Positions 25,897-35,269 of a stretch of 64,000 bases of DNA are shown here, piece after piece; position 1 is the stretch's first letter; the number at the start of each line of letters is the position of its first letter. A program made the position numbers and the translations under genes. This DNA is from Dehalococcoidia bacterium (GTDB lineage Bacteria > Chloroflexota > Dehalococcoidia > Lucifugimonadales > UBA2962), in assembly GCA_965219325.1 (NCBI GenBank), contig OZ244723.1:1039963-1103962 (forward strand), written 5' to 3'. The notes under the pieces are model-generated. The model did not search any database. It was not told the DNA's origin and was given only the letters and a program-made list of their open reading frames with translations.

Positions 25897-27336
25897 CTAT
25901 TCTACCGAGAGTACCCTGAGGAGATTGGTACCTCCAGGCACGCCTATGGGCAGGCCGGCAACCAGCACCACCTGGGTGCCGGCCGCGACGCCCGGGATCT
26001 TGGTCGCCTCCTGCTGCACGCGGGCGAAGAAGCCGTCGATATTGCGGATCGGCTCCGTAGTCACGGGGAGCACCCCCCAGCTCAGGCTCAGGGCGCGCTG
26101 CGTGCGATCGGAAGGCGTCAGGGCCAGTATCGGCGCCTTCGGCCTGTACTTTGAGACCCTTCCCGCCGTGCTGCCCGACTCGGTAAAGGCAACTATCAAC
26201 CCTGCGCCGATCTGCCGCGCAGTCTGGCAAGCGTTGTAGGCGATGGCGTCGTCGGTCTGGCTCTCTAGGTGCTGGCGCTTTTCGACCAGCATCGCCTCGT
26301 ATGGAAGAGCCGCTTCCGCCTCGAGGGCCACCTCGGCCATGACCCTGACCGCCTCGACCGCGTATATGCCGATCGCGGTCTCGCCCGAGAGCATGATGGC
26401 ATCGGAGCCGTCGAACACGGCATTGGCAACATCCGTCACCTCAGCGCGGGTGGGAGATGGCGAGTTGATCATCGATTCGAGCATCTGCGTGGCCGTGATC
26501 ACCGTCTTGCCGGCCGCGTTGCAGGAGCGTATCAGTCGCTTCTGTATCACCGGGACCTTTGCCAGAGGAACCTCCACCCCCAGGTCGCCCCGTGCCACCA
26601 TGATTCCGTCGCTCGCCTCGAGTATCGCCTCAAATTGGGAGACCGCCTCGGAGGTCTCTATCTTGGAAACGATCAGCGGCGAGGTGCCCCTTTTGGCAAG
26701 GATCTGTTTCGCCGCCTCGACATCGGCCGAAGCTGTAACGCCGGACAGGGCCACAAAGTCCGCGCGTTGGTCCGCGGCGAACTCCAAGGCCCGCCGGGCC
26801 TTAAGGTCTGGAAAGGGCTGCGATGGAGCGACTCCAAGGAGGCTGACGCCCCTTCCCTCCGTCACAAGGCCCAGAGTCAGGGCCTCGCAAAGCACGTCCG
26901 GCCCCTCGACCCGAATGACCCTGAGCCGGACGATGCCGTCGGATATCAGCACGAAATTGCCGGGACTGGCGTCCCTGTGAATCCCGGGCGGCGAGATGCA
27001 CAGCAGGTCCTGTTCCCCAACGACCTCCCTGCTGGTCAGGGCGAGCTGGTCTCCGGGCTTGATGGCGATCCCACCCGTCCTGATCGTACCGACCCTGTAC
27101 TTGGGACCCGGGACATCCACCATTATTGCGATGGGCAGGCTCAAATCCCTGGCGACCGAGCGCACCGTCTGGACGGCCCTTTTGTGCTCATCGGGGGAGC
27201 CGTGGGCCAGGTTGAGCCGCGTCACGCTCGCGCCGGCCCTGACCAGCGCAGTGACGTCGGCATGCGACTCGACCGCCGGCCCGAGAGTGCAGACGATCTT
27301 GGTTCTCGGGATTACGTGGTTGCGATAGGTCGTCAC
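25897..27336 (-). CDS. pyk: pyruvate kinase
   Basis: RTKIVCTLGPA, NLAHGS, MVARGDLGVE.P, and ITATQMLESM. Confidence 0.9.
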   Translation of the reverse strand: MTTYRNHVIPRTKIVCTLGPAVESHADVTALVRAGASVTRLNLAHGSPDEHKRAVQTVRSVARDLSLPIAIMVDVPGPKYRVGTIRTGGIAIKPGDQLALTSREVVGEQDLLCISPPGIHRDASPGNFVLISDGIVRLRVIRVEGPDVLCEALTLGLVTEGRGVSLLGVAPSQPFPDLKARRALEFAADQRADFVALSGVTASADVEAAKQILAKRGTSPLIVSKIETSEAVSQFEAILEASDGIMVARGDLGVEVPLAKVPVIQKRLIRSCNAAGKTVITATQMLESMINSPSPTRAEVTDVANAVFDGSDAIMLSGETAIGIYAVEAVRVMAEVALEAEAALPYEAMLVEKRQHLESQTDDAIAYNACQTARQIGAGLIVAFTESGSTAGRVSKYRPKAPILALTPSDRTQRALSLSWGVLPVTTEPIRNIDGFFARVQQEATKIPGVAAGTQVVLVAGLPIGVPGGTNLLRVLSVE

Positions 27337-27438
27337 TGGCCAGCTGATCCGACACTAGGCTACTACAGGGCCGTAGCGGGGTCACCAGATCCGGCGATCG
27401 CGCAGCCCCCTTCGGTAGGCGGTGCCGTTGGCGTCGTT

Positions 27439-27444
27439 TAGAAT
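27439..27444 (+). promoter_or_regulatory. -10-like TAGAAT 9 nt upstream of the ATG of the Zn-ribbon gene (possible leaderless mRNA)
   Basis: cgtTTAGAATggccgccgATG. No good -35 and no Shine-Dalgarno are visible. Confidence 0.3.
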
Positions 27445-27452
27445 GGCCGCCG

Positions 27453-28154
27453 ATGGAAGATCTGACCCGCCTCAACGACCTACAGGGAGTCGATCTGCAC
27501 CTGCGGTCGTCGCGGGAGGAACTGGCCGATGTGAAGCGAAGGCTCTCGGACGAGGGCGACCTGCCAAAGATCCGGAGTCAGCTCGAGAGGATCGAGACGG
27601 TCCTGGAGGATCGCTCGACGAAGGGACGGTCGGCGGAGAGGGAAATGGAGCGCCTTACCGGGGTCGTCGGCGATCTGGAGCGACGTCTCTACGACGGATC
27701 GGTGACCAACCAGCGGGAGTTTGACGCTCTGACTGACCAGCGAGATCACGCGGCCGCCGAGAGAGGCCAGGCCGAGGACGGGTTGCTCGAGCTGATGGTC
27801 GAGATGGATGACCTGCAGGGCGCCAGGGAGCGCCATGTGGTGGCCATCGAGAGGATGACCAGGCTCAGGGCGGACGAGGTGTCGAGGCTAAAGGACCGCG
27901 AGTCTGAATTGTCCCGGGATATCGTCGACCTTGAGGAGGCCAGGCTGCGCGATGCGGCGGATCTGCCGGCCGGGCTGCTGGCACGATATGAGGCCCTGAA
28001 AAAGAACCGAGGCGGTCGAGCGGTCGCCTCCCTCGACGGTCGGGTCTGCGGGGTCTGCAGGGTGGAGCTCCCGACGGGGGACCTGGCCAGGGCGAGGGCC
28101 GGCCAAGAGCTGGTGCAGTGCAACAGTTGCAGAAGGATCATCTTCACCGGGTGA
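27453..28154 (+). CDS. coiled-coil Zn-ribbon protein (COG1579/DUF164-like)
   Basis: Long heptad-like N-terminal region, then the C-terminal CGVCRVELP....... CNSCRRIIF double CxxC. Confidence 0.7.
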   Translation: MEDLTRLNDLQGVDLHLRSSREELADVKRRLSDEGDLPKIRSQLERIETVLEDRSTKGRSAEREMERLTGVVGDLERRLYDGSVTNQREFDALTDQRDHAAAERGQAEDGLLELMVEMDDLQGARERHVVAIERMTRLRADEVSRLKDRESELSRDIVDLEEARLRDAADLPAGLLARYEALKKNRGGRAVASLDGRVCGVCRVELPTGDLARARAGQELVQCNSCRRIIFTG

Positions 28155-28182
28155 GCGGGTCCGGCTCCCGCAGGGGATCTGG

Positions 28183-29517
28183 ATGAGGGCCCTCGGCTAC
28201 TGCAGGCCGGATGCCTCGGACATCCAAGCAGAGAGCTTCGATGCCCTGTTTGGTGAGTTCTGCGATGCCAACCTCCACCAGCCGCTCCAGACCTTCGTGG
28301 AGCTGGACGGTGGCGCCGAGCAGTTTGCATCCATGCTTGAGTTCATCCGGCGCTCGGGCAGCGAGTTCCTCGCGGTCGTACCTGACGCCAGGCACCTCGG
28401 GCGGGACCTGGAGGCCGTGGCGCGCTCGCTGGTTGACATAGAGAGCACCGGCTCGACTGTGACCTGTATGGACGACGAGTTCCCGGACCCGGTCCAGAAC
28501 GCCTTCCAGAGGCTCGGGATAAAGGGGGTCTCCCGGACGCGGAGCCTGCGTGTGAGCGAGGCGATGAGGCGGAGGGCATCGCAGGGCAAGGCCCTGGGCC
28601 GGCCCCTGTTCGGCTATCGCATAGGAGATGACGGAACGCTCCAGGTTGTGCCCGAGCAGGCAGCCGTGGTCGAGCTGATCTACCGCCTCTACACATCTGA
28701 CGGACTCGGCTACCGTCTGATTGTCCAGCATCTGAACGAAAGGGGAATCACCACCCGCCGCGGGTCTCCTTGGAACGTGGTCACGGTTAGGGACGTGCTA
28801 CGGAATCCCGTCTATACCGGGACCTACAACAGGTTCGGCATGCGGCTCCCCAGGGTCCACGAGGCGATCATCGCGCCGGCGACATACAGGCAGGCCCAGG
28901 ACCGGATGCGCGCCCGCAGGCCGATCGGACGGGTATCGAGATCGGAGCCGTTTCTCCTCTCAGGGCTGGTGACCTGCGCCAGATGCGGCAACAACATGAT
29001 GGGGGTGACGCGGCGCCAAAAGTGGAAGCGCAAGGATGGTCGCAGAAGCTCGGGCGTTTACCGTTACTACCAGTGCCAGTCCCGGCAGAACCAGGGCCGC
29101 TGCGAGTACCTTACCTGGCGGGCGTCCCTGCTCGAATCCACCGTCCTCAGCCAGCTCAAGGACAAGATCGCCCGGTCTCTGCTCGAGGCCGAGTTGGACG
29201 CCGAAAAGAGGAGAGAACGCCTCGCGCAGGTGGGCCGGCGCAGGGGAGAGCGCGTCGAGGCGGCAGAGCGGAGGCTGGTGAACGCACTCAGGCGAGTGGC
29301 GAGGGCGGAGATACCCCTTTATCTGTTAGAGGACTACCTGAGGGAGCTGGACTCCCTGAGGCGACAGGCCGCGCTGGGCGACGAGGCCGGACCTTCAGGG
29401 GCACTTGCCCGCCTGCAGGCCGAACCGGCACCGGGCTTTGACGAATTGCGGTCGCTGATTGAGGACAATGTAGAGCGCATCTTGGTACGGGACGAGGGCG
29501 TCGAAGTTCACATATAG
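28183..29517 (+). CDS. large serine recombinase family protein with non-canonical N-terminal catalytic motif
   Basis: Recombinase domain (GRPLFGYRI...VVELIYRLY...G...I...LN.RGI.T..G..W....V...L.NP.Y.G), Zn ribbon (LSGLVTCARCGNNM...YRYYQC......RC) and a C-terminal coiled coil. The N-terminus reads MRALGYCRPDASDIQ where Y.R.S(T/S)..Q is expected. Confidence 0.75.
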   Translation: MRALGYCRPDASDIQAESFDALFGEFCDANLHQPLQTFVELDGGAEQFASMLEFIRRSGSEFLAVVPDARHLGRDLEAVARSLVDIESTGSTVTCMDDEFPDPVQNAFQRLGIKGVSRTRSLRVSEAMRRRASQGKALGRPLFGYRIGDDGTLQVVPEQAAVVELIYRLYTSDGLGYRLIVQHLNERGITTRRGSPWNVVTVRDVLRNPVYTGTYNRFGMRLPRVHEAIIAPATYRQAQDRMRARRPIGRVSRSEPFLLSGLVTCARCGNNMMGVTRRQKWKRKDGRRSSGVYRYYQCQSRQNQGRCEYLTWRASLLESTVLSQLKDKIARSLLEAELDAEKRRERLAQVGRRRGERVEAAERRLVNALRRVARAEIPLYLLEDYLRELDSLRRQAALGDEAGPSGALARLQAEPAPGFDELRSLIEDNVERILVRDEGVEVHI

Positions 29518-29659
29518 GCTCCTTTTCCCCGGCGCAATCCCCGGCCGCCTCTCATCTCAACCCGCAGACCCGGAAGGTCGCTCGGCCCGGCGCCGCTTCC
29601 GGCCGGCACTCGGCCCCTGCCCGTTAACGATTTCGGCGGTCCTGAGCACTGCGGGGGTC

Positions 29660-29668
29660 TGTTAGAAT
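29660..29668 (+). promoter_or_regulatory. extended -10 (TGtTAGAAT) upstream of rnpB
   Basis: ctgTTAGAATcgagatgg precedes the predicted RNase P RNA 5' end by about 10 nt. No convincing -35. Confidence 0.4.
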
Positions 29669-29678
29669 CGAGATGGGC

Positions 29679-30118
29679 GCAAGATGGCCGGGCGGCCGCC
29701 CTCCGCAGGTCGGAGGGAGGAAAGTCCGAGCTCCATTCGGGCGGGATGCCCGCTAACGGCGGGGCGGGGTGACCCGACGGAAAGTGCCACAGAAACACAC
29801 CGCCCCGGTCCTCCTCGTTTGAGTAGGGTGGGGTAAGGGTGAAATGGTGAGGTAAGAGCTCACCGCCCCGGCGGAGACGCCGGGGGCAGGGCAAACCCCA
29901 TCCGGAGCAAGGCCTAGCAGGGGACACCGGTTGCCCCCGTGTTCGGGAGCGATCGGGGTAAGAGGGTGCCCGGACCTTCCCCGGGTTGGCCGCTCGACCC
30001 CGGCGGCAACGTCGGGGCTAGATAGATGGCCGCCGCGCCGTTTGCCCGCGGGAAGAAGCCACTGGCGTAAACCGCAAGCAACCGGCGTACAGAACTCGGC
30101 TTACAGGCCGTCTTGCGC
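29679..30118 (+). ncRNA. rnpB: RNase P RNA, bacterial type A
   Basis: Universal blocks GGAGGAAAGTCCGAGCTCC, ACAGAAACA, GGTAAGGGTGAAATGGTGAGGTAAGAGCTCACC, GGGCAAACCCCATCCGGAGCAAGGCC, AGATAGATGGCCGCC and ACAGAACTCGGCTTACAGGCC. P1 pairs GCAAGATGGCC (29679-) with GGCCGTCTTGC (-30116). Confidence 0.92.
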
Positions 30119-30188
30119 CCACAAAGCCCTCCCGATGACCCGCGAGGGTGAACGGGAGGGTGTCGGCGTGGTCAGCCCCCTCGCAACG

Positions 30189-30217
30189 TTGACCGGGCGA
30201 TACGCCGGCCTTAGAAT
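30189..30217 (+). promoter_or_regulatory. sigma70-type promoter for tRNA-Trp
   Basis: TTGACC (30189-30194), 17-nt spacer, TAGAAT (30212-30217), about 22 nt upstream of the tRNA. Confidence 0.6.
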
Positions 30218-30239
30218 CTGCGCGGCGGGAGGCTGATAC

Positions 30240-30317
30240 AGGAGCGTAGCTCAGTCTGGTCAGAGCATCGGTCTCCAAAACCGAGGGTCGCGGGTTCGAA
30301 TCCTGCCGCTCCTGCCA
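30240..30317 (+). tRNA. tRNA-Trp (anticodon CCA), CCA-encoded
   Basis: AGGAGCG acceptor pairs with CGCTCCT. The anticodon loop is CTCCAAA, the T-arm is GCGGG-TTCGAAT-CCTGC, and the discriminator G is followed by CCA. Confidence 0.92.
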
Positions 30318-30348
30318 GCAGCCGCCCAGTTCCCGAGGCCCAATCACT

Positions 30349-31128
30349 TTGCTCCAACTCGAAGGTCGATCCGCCCTTGTGACCGGTGCCGGACGAGGCA
30401 TCGGTAGGGCCATAGCAGTTGCACTGGCAGGGCAGGGCGCCTCGCTCCTCGTTGCCGACGTCGACCTCGACACTGTAATGCGCCTTGCGGACGAGCTCGG
30501 CGAAGGCAGGGCGATGGCCCTTCGGGCCGACGTGTCTGACCTCTGCGACGTGGACCGCATGGTGGAGCGGTGCGCGGCCGCCTACGGGTCGGTCGATATC
30601 CTCGTAAACAACGCTGCCGTGACCCGCTTCGCCGACGTGATGCGGATCACGCCCGGCGACTGGGACAACATGCACTCGGTCAACGCCCGGGGCACCTTCT
30701 TCACGATGCAGCGAGCGGCCCGGGAGATGATCTCCTCCGGCAGGGGAGGGCGCATCGTGAACATAGCCTCGATAGCGGGCAAGGGATTTTCAGGCACATC
30801 CAACGCCGCGTACGCGGCATCTAAGGGCGCAGTGATCGCCATGACCGCCATAGCGGCCCATCAGCTCGGGTCCCATGGCATCAACGTGAACTCTGTCTGC
30901 CCCGGCCTGACGAGAACGCCGCTTGGAGACGAGTTGGCCGGACAGGCGGCGAGCCAGCTGGGAATGTCAGAAAAGCGGTTCCGGGACGAGCGCGAGGCGA
31001 CCATACCCTTAGGCAGGGAGTGCGAGCCCGGCGACATCGCGGCGATGGTGGCCTTCCTGGTGGGCCCCGGCGGGGACGCTATTACCGGACAGGCCATCAA
31101 CGTCGACGGCGGACTACTGAATTTCTAG
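30349..31128 (+). CDS. SDR family oxidoreductase (FabG-like)
   Basis: TTG start. ALVTGAGRGIGRAIA, NNAA, and S....YAASKGAV (the YxxxK catalytic motif). Confidence 0.85.
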   Translation: MLQLEGRSALVTGAGRGIGRAIAVALAGQGASLLVADVDLDTVMRLADELGEGRAMALRADVSDLCDVDRMVERCAAAYGSVDILVNNAAVTRFADVMRITPGDWDNMHSVNARGTFFTMQRAAREMISSGRGGRIVNIASIAGKGFSGTSNAAYAASKGAVIAMTAIAAHQLGSHGINVNSVCPGLTRTPLGDELAGQAASQLGMSEKRFRDEREATIPLGRECEPGDIAAMVAFLVGPGGDAITGQAINVDGGLLNF

Positions 31129-31174
31129 GTCTGTCCCCGGCCTCAAGGTGCCCCTGAAGGCCTGACGCCGGGAC

Positions 31175-32566
31175 CTATAGCTCCGGTCTTGGGAAGGGGC
31201 CGAGCGCCTCCTCAAGGTAGGCTCCCACCGCCAGTACGACGTCCTCCCGCCACGGGGCGGATATCACCTGTATGCCGAGTGGCAGGCCCTCCGGCGATGT
31301 TCCTCCCCTGATCACCAGGGCCGGCCAGCCTGCCAGGTTGTAGGCATGGCTGTAGCTGCCGCTCTCCGGGAAGCCGTCGTAGCCGTGGTGGTGCAGTGCC
31401 GCCGGCACCGGGGCGGCCGGTCCCAGCATCACGTCGTAGCCCTGCATGAAGCCGATCATGCGGCTGCGGTACTCCTCCAGCTCGGCCAGGTCGTCCATGA
31501 ACTTCTTAACGGATACCGGCTCAGAGGGCATCATGGCGATCCTGGCCTTCAGATCAGGGTCCATCTCCGGCGATCCGGCCTCCCTGAGGATCGCCCGCGC
31601 TACCTGTCCTGCGTCCGCTCCCATGATGGAGGCGTGCAGGGCCGGTGTCCCCTCCAGGGCCTGCGGCCGGTCCTCCTCTACGGTCCCCACCTCCTTCTCC
31701 AGGAGCCCCGCCGCCCGAAGCACCGCCTCCTTAAGCTCCTCCGTCGGCGTGGCGACGCCGTTGGAGGTGTGAAACGCCACGCGAAGTCGGCCCAGCGGGA
31801 CCCTGTCCGGGTCACCCAGGCCGACCGGGACCACCGTCGGGTCCCGTCCGTCGGGCCCCGCAAGGATCGGGAGAGCGAGCGCCAGGTCCCGCACCGACCT
31901 CGCCATGGGTCCCGGCTGGGTAACGAGGCTGAACACCCCCCCGAACGGTGGCCAGTGGCCCGTCCTAGGTATCCTGCCGGTCGTGGGCTTCAGGCCGGCT
32001 ATGCCGCAGCAGTGCGCAGGCCAGCGTATGCTCCCACCCGCGTCGCTTCCCACCCCGAGTGGCGAGCCGCCGGCCGCTATGATCGCAGCCTCTCCGCCAC
32101 TGCTGCCCCCCGGCGTTCGGCCGGTGTCGTAGGGGTTCTTTGCCCTCCCGTACACCAGGTTTGAGCTCTCAAAGCCCATGCTGATCTCGGGAAGGTTGGT
32201 CTTGCCGAGCACGATCGCCCCTGCTTGCTTCAGTCTGGCGACCACGGTCGCGTCCCGATCGGGCACAAAATCCTTTCGGCCGAGCGTGCCCCCCGTCGAG
32301 ACCACGCCCGACATCTCGTAGGCGTCCTTGATCGTAATCGGCACCCCGTGAAGGGGGCCCAGCTCTTCGCCGCGCTCTACGGCCTCATCCGCACGCCGAG
32401 CCTCCTCAAGAGCCGACCTGCGGCAAAGCACGACGATCGCGTTGAGCTTCGGGTTCACCTCGTCGATGCGGGCCAGAAAGGCCCGGACCGCCTCATCCGA
32501 GGACGTTCGCCGAGATCGGATGGCCTCGGCGAGCTGGGTGGCCGTTAAATCGGTGATCTCGTTCAT
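31175..32566 (-). CDS. amidase (amidase-signature family)
   Basis: ORF track trimmed to ATG 32566, with GGAG upstream. The AS signature is GGSSGGEAAIIAAGGSPLGVGSDAGGSIRWPA. Confidence 0.85.
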   Translation of the reverse strand: MNEITDLTATQLAEAIRSRRTSSDEAVRAFLARIDEVNPKLNAIVVLCRRSALEEARRADEAVERGEELGPLHGVPITIKDAYEMSGVVSTGGTLGRKDFVPDRDATVVARLKQAGAIVLGKTNLPEISMGFESSNLVYGRAKNPYDTGRTPGGSSGGEAAIIAAGGSPLGVGSDAGGSIRWPAHCCGIAGLKPTTGRIPRTGHWPPFGGVFSLVTQPGPMARSVRDLALALPILAGPDGRDPTVVPVGLGDPDRVPLGRLRVAFHTSNGVATPTEELKEAVLRAAGLLEKEVGTVEEDRPQALEGTPALHASIMGADAGQVARAILREAGSPEMDPDLKARIAMMPSEPVSVKKFMDDLAELEEYRSRMIGFMQGYDVMLGPAAPVPAALHHHGYDGFPESGSYSHAYNLAGWPALVIRGGTSPEGLPLGIQVISAPWREDVVLAVGAYLEEALGPFPRPEL

Positions 32567-32595
32567 TTTCACTCCACTTATTGCCCGTAACAACT

Positions 32596-33978
32596 CTACT
32601 GGAAGGACAAGTCTTGCAGCCTATCGCAGATCCCCGCAAGGGCGGCCAGCGGGATAGGACGCAGCGGCGGGCGGGCCCTCGGCCTGCCGACGTCGCTCAC
32701 GGCCGTGCCCGTCCTGGCCGCCACGATCTCGGCCACCGGATCGTCGCAGTAGATGCCCTGGCACAGCCCCATCCCGGCGCGGCTCAGCCGTCTGATCTCA
32801 GCCGCCGTTGTGCCGCCCGGCTCGATGGCGGCCGAGATGTCCGCGAGCGTCGCGCCAGTGCATCTGCAAACGACGACCGAATCGGGCAGCGAGCCCCAGA
32901 GCGAGACGCGTTCGCGGGTCACTTGCTGGCGGGCGGACGCGCGCGCCTCTCCGGCCCTCGCTGCGATAACGTCCACCGCCTCGGCGGCCAGCCGGTCATG
33001 CTGGGGATGAACGAACCCTACATCAGCGGCCGCCATGAGCCCGGCGACCCTGCCTCCGTATATCGCCGAGGCCCCGTTGCCCACCCCTGACGCGTCCCCG
33101 GCGATGAATACTCGATTGTCAGAGCTCCTCAGGTCCAGATCGACCTTGGGAATCCACCCTCCCATCTTCTCCCTGAAGCACGCACGCACGCCCAGCAGTG
33201 ATGCCGCCCGGAAATCCGGGATGCGATGGGTGGCCAGTATGATCGAGTCCACCTCCATGTCGATGATCTTGCCTCCTGAACCGTCGGCCGGCGCGATCCT
33301 GGCGCGCTCTACGATCCCCTCACCCAGAGCCTCCGACACCCTGTAGCCCGGCAGGAGGTCCACTCCTTCCGCGGCAGCCGCTTCGACCAGGACCCGGGAT
33401 GCCGACCTGCTCGGATCGGCGTAGGCCACCGCAACGGCCTCCGCTCCACTTCGAAGCAGGCCTGTCGCTACCGTCAGCGCCGCGTCGCCGCCTCCGACAA
33501 CCAGCGCCCTGAGACCCGGCGAGAGGCCATGGCTGCTCAGTACCGCCATGGTTTCCCGAAGAAGGACCACCCCGGGCAGGGTCCAGCCCGGGAAGGGAGC
33601 AACGCCGTCCGTGCTCCCGGTGGCGACCACCAGGCGTCTGGCCCTGACCCGGTGGGCCGTGTCTCCGACGGCGAAAGATACTTTCAGGTCACGGTCCACG
33701 TCCCATACCAGCGCATTTGCCAGCAGCTCGGCGCCGGCGTCGCGGGCCGACCGCTCGATCGAGCGCGCGTAGGTCTCTCCGGTCAGGCCGCCAAACATGT
33801 CGAAGCGATCTCTCAGCGGCCAGGGCTGCAGGGCGAGCAGCCCTCCCGGCTCCTGGCCGGCCTCCATCAGGATGACCGATGCACCGGCCTGGGCGGCCGC
33901 TGCCGCCGCGCTCATTCCGGCCGCGCCGCCACCGACGACCACGACATCGACCTCAGGACGGGGCATCGGCCTGCGCAT
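32596..33978 (-). CDS. FAD/NAD(P)-dependent oxidoreductase with C-terminal BFD-like Cys cluster (opine oxidase A / HcnB-like subunit)
   Basis: Only the C-terminal 460 aa of ORF 32596..34833 look real, starting at ATG 33978 or 33966. VDVVVVGGGAAGMSAA, a second Rossmann fold LVVGGGDAALT, GDASGVG, and CRCTGATLADI...CQGIYC. Confidence 0.75.
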   Translation of the reverse strand: MRRPMPRPEVDVVVVGGGAAGMSAAAAAAQAGASVILMEAGQEPGGLLALQPWPLRDRFDMFGGLTGETYARSIERSARDAGAELLANALVWDVDRDLKVSFAVGDTAHRVRARRLVVATGSTDGVAPFPGWTLPGVVLLRETMAVLSSHGLSPGLRALVVGGGDAALTVATGLLRSGAEAVAVAYADPSRSASRVLVEAAAAEGVDLLPGYRVSEALGEGIVERARIAPADGSGGKIIDMEVDSIILATHRIPDFRAASLLGVRACFREKMGGWIPKVDLDLRSSDNRVFIAGDASGVGNGASAIYGGRVAGLMAAADVGFVHPQHDRLAAEAVDVIAARAGEARASARQQVTRERVSLWGSLPDSVVVCRCTGATLADISAAIEPGGTTAAEIRRLSRAGMGLCQGIYCDDPVAEIVAARTGTAVSDVGRPRARPPLRPIPLAALAGICDRLQDLSFQ

Positions 33979-34025
33979 CCGCTGTTGAGTTGGGATGATG
34001 TGGCCTGGCGCCGGCTTCCCGCGGA

Positions 34026-35198
34026 TCAGACACGAGTCAGACTCTCGCGGTTCGCCTTCCAGAAGGCGTCGAAATCCTCGCCGGGGGGATCGGCCGAATC
34101 GAACCGGGCGGGCGAGTAGGGAGAAAGGTCGACGATCCTTGCGCTCCCGTCGACCACCAGTTCGGACAGGGCGATGCCGATAACGGGCGATAGCGTGATG
34201 CCGCTGTGGGTGACGGCAATATACAGCCCCTCCAGGCCCGGGGTACTGCCGATGATGGACAGCCCGTCCGCCGGCCATGGCCGCAGGCCGGACCAAAAGC
34301 GCATGGCGCGCACCCCGGCCAATGCGGGGAATATTCGAAGCGCCCGATTGGCCAGGGAGGCCAGGGTCGGCACCTCCGTGTCGCGGGTGTACCCGGCGTT
34401 CTCGTAGGTTGAGCCGATGATGACCGAGCCCCAGGCCAACTGCCTGAGCTGCCCGACCGGTATGGGGAGCATTGGAGGAAGCGGCTCCGTGGTGACGATC
34501 TGGCCCCGCTTGGCCATGGCGGGAATTCGCAGCCCCGCCTTCTCGGCAAGGGCGGGCGTGTGGATGCCCGCGGCCATGGCGACGACCGGGGCGGAGATCG
34601 GCCCAAGGTCGGTGACGATCCCGGTGACCGAGGACCCTCCAACCAGTATGTCCGTCACGGTCGCTCCCGTCACGATCTGTGCCCCGTGTCGCCGCGCTGC
34701 GGCCGCCTGCGCGAGAGTCAGCCTGAAGCTGTTCACACACCCATCGGCTGCGCAGAACGTTGCCCCGACCACGTGGGGGGACAGGGCGGGGAGCATCTCC
34801 CTTGCCTGCCCCGAGTCGAGCGCCTCGACCCACAGGCCGGGAACCTCGCTCTGGGTCTTGGCCACCCGGCGCGCCTCCTCCATCTCGTCCTGTGTCTCGG
34901 CCACGATGCCAATGTTTCCGCGACCCTCAAAGCCGATGTCGGCCCCCAGTTCCTCCGACAGGCTCCGGTAGAGCTGGGCGCTGCGAAGGTTAAGCTCCGT
35001 GTAGTGGGCTGGCGGGCCCTTGGACGAGGCGTTGACGAGGGCAACGGTGGTGCCCGTGCAGCCCGAGGCCAGTCCCTTGCGCTCAACCAGTACGGTGCTG
35101 AGGCCCGAGGCGGCGAGCCTGTAGCAAATGGACGTGCCCAGCGCCCCCCCGCCGATCACCACGGCGTCCGCCGTCCGGGGTAGATGGCTGGAAGTCAC
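34026..35198 (-). CDS. FAD-dependent oxidoreductase, DAO family (sarcosine/opine oxidase beta / HcnC-like)
   Basis: DAVVIGGGALGTS..YRLA, and the C-terminal GHSGITLSP-type block (VTHSGITLSPVIG). Confidence 0.8.
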   Translation of the reverse strand: MTSSHLPRTADAVVIGGGALGTSICYRLAASGLSTVLVERKGLASGCTGTTVALVNASSKGPPAHYTELNLRSAQLYRSLSEELGADIGFEGRGNIGIVAETQDEMEEARRVAKTQSEVPGLWVEALDSGQAREMLPALSPHVVGATFCAADGCVNSFRLTLAQAAAARRHGAQIVTGATVTDILVGGSSVTGIVTDLGPISAPVVAMAAGIHTPALAEKAGLRIPAMAKRGQIVTTEPLPPMLPIPVGQLRQLAWGSVIIGSTYENAGYTRDTEVPTLASLANRALRIFPALAGVRAMRFWSGLRPWPADGLSIIGSTPGLEGLYIAVTHSGITLSPVIGIALSELVVDGSARIVDLSPYSPARFDSADPPGEDFDAFWKANRESLTRV

Positions 35199-35269
35199 CT
35201 CATCACAGCCCCTAGGTGGAGATTGAGAATCCGTAGATAGCCAGGCCAGAAGGCACGAAGAGAGCGCGG

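Noticed and set aside
29508-30560. ORFs 29508-29927(-), 29931-30236(+) and 30018-30560(-).
   Set aside because: They overlap RNase P RNA and tRNA-Trp, and their sequences are not protein-like.
33979-34833. N-terminal 285 aa of the 745-aa ORF 32596-34833.
   Set aside because: This part overlaps the well-supported DAO-family gene (34026-35198) in another frame and is Arg/Gly-rich junk. The Rossmann motif of the real protein begins right after Met at 33978 or 33966.
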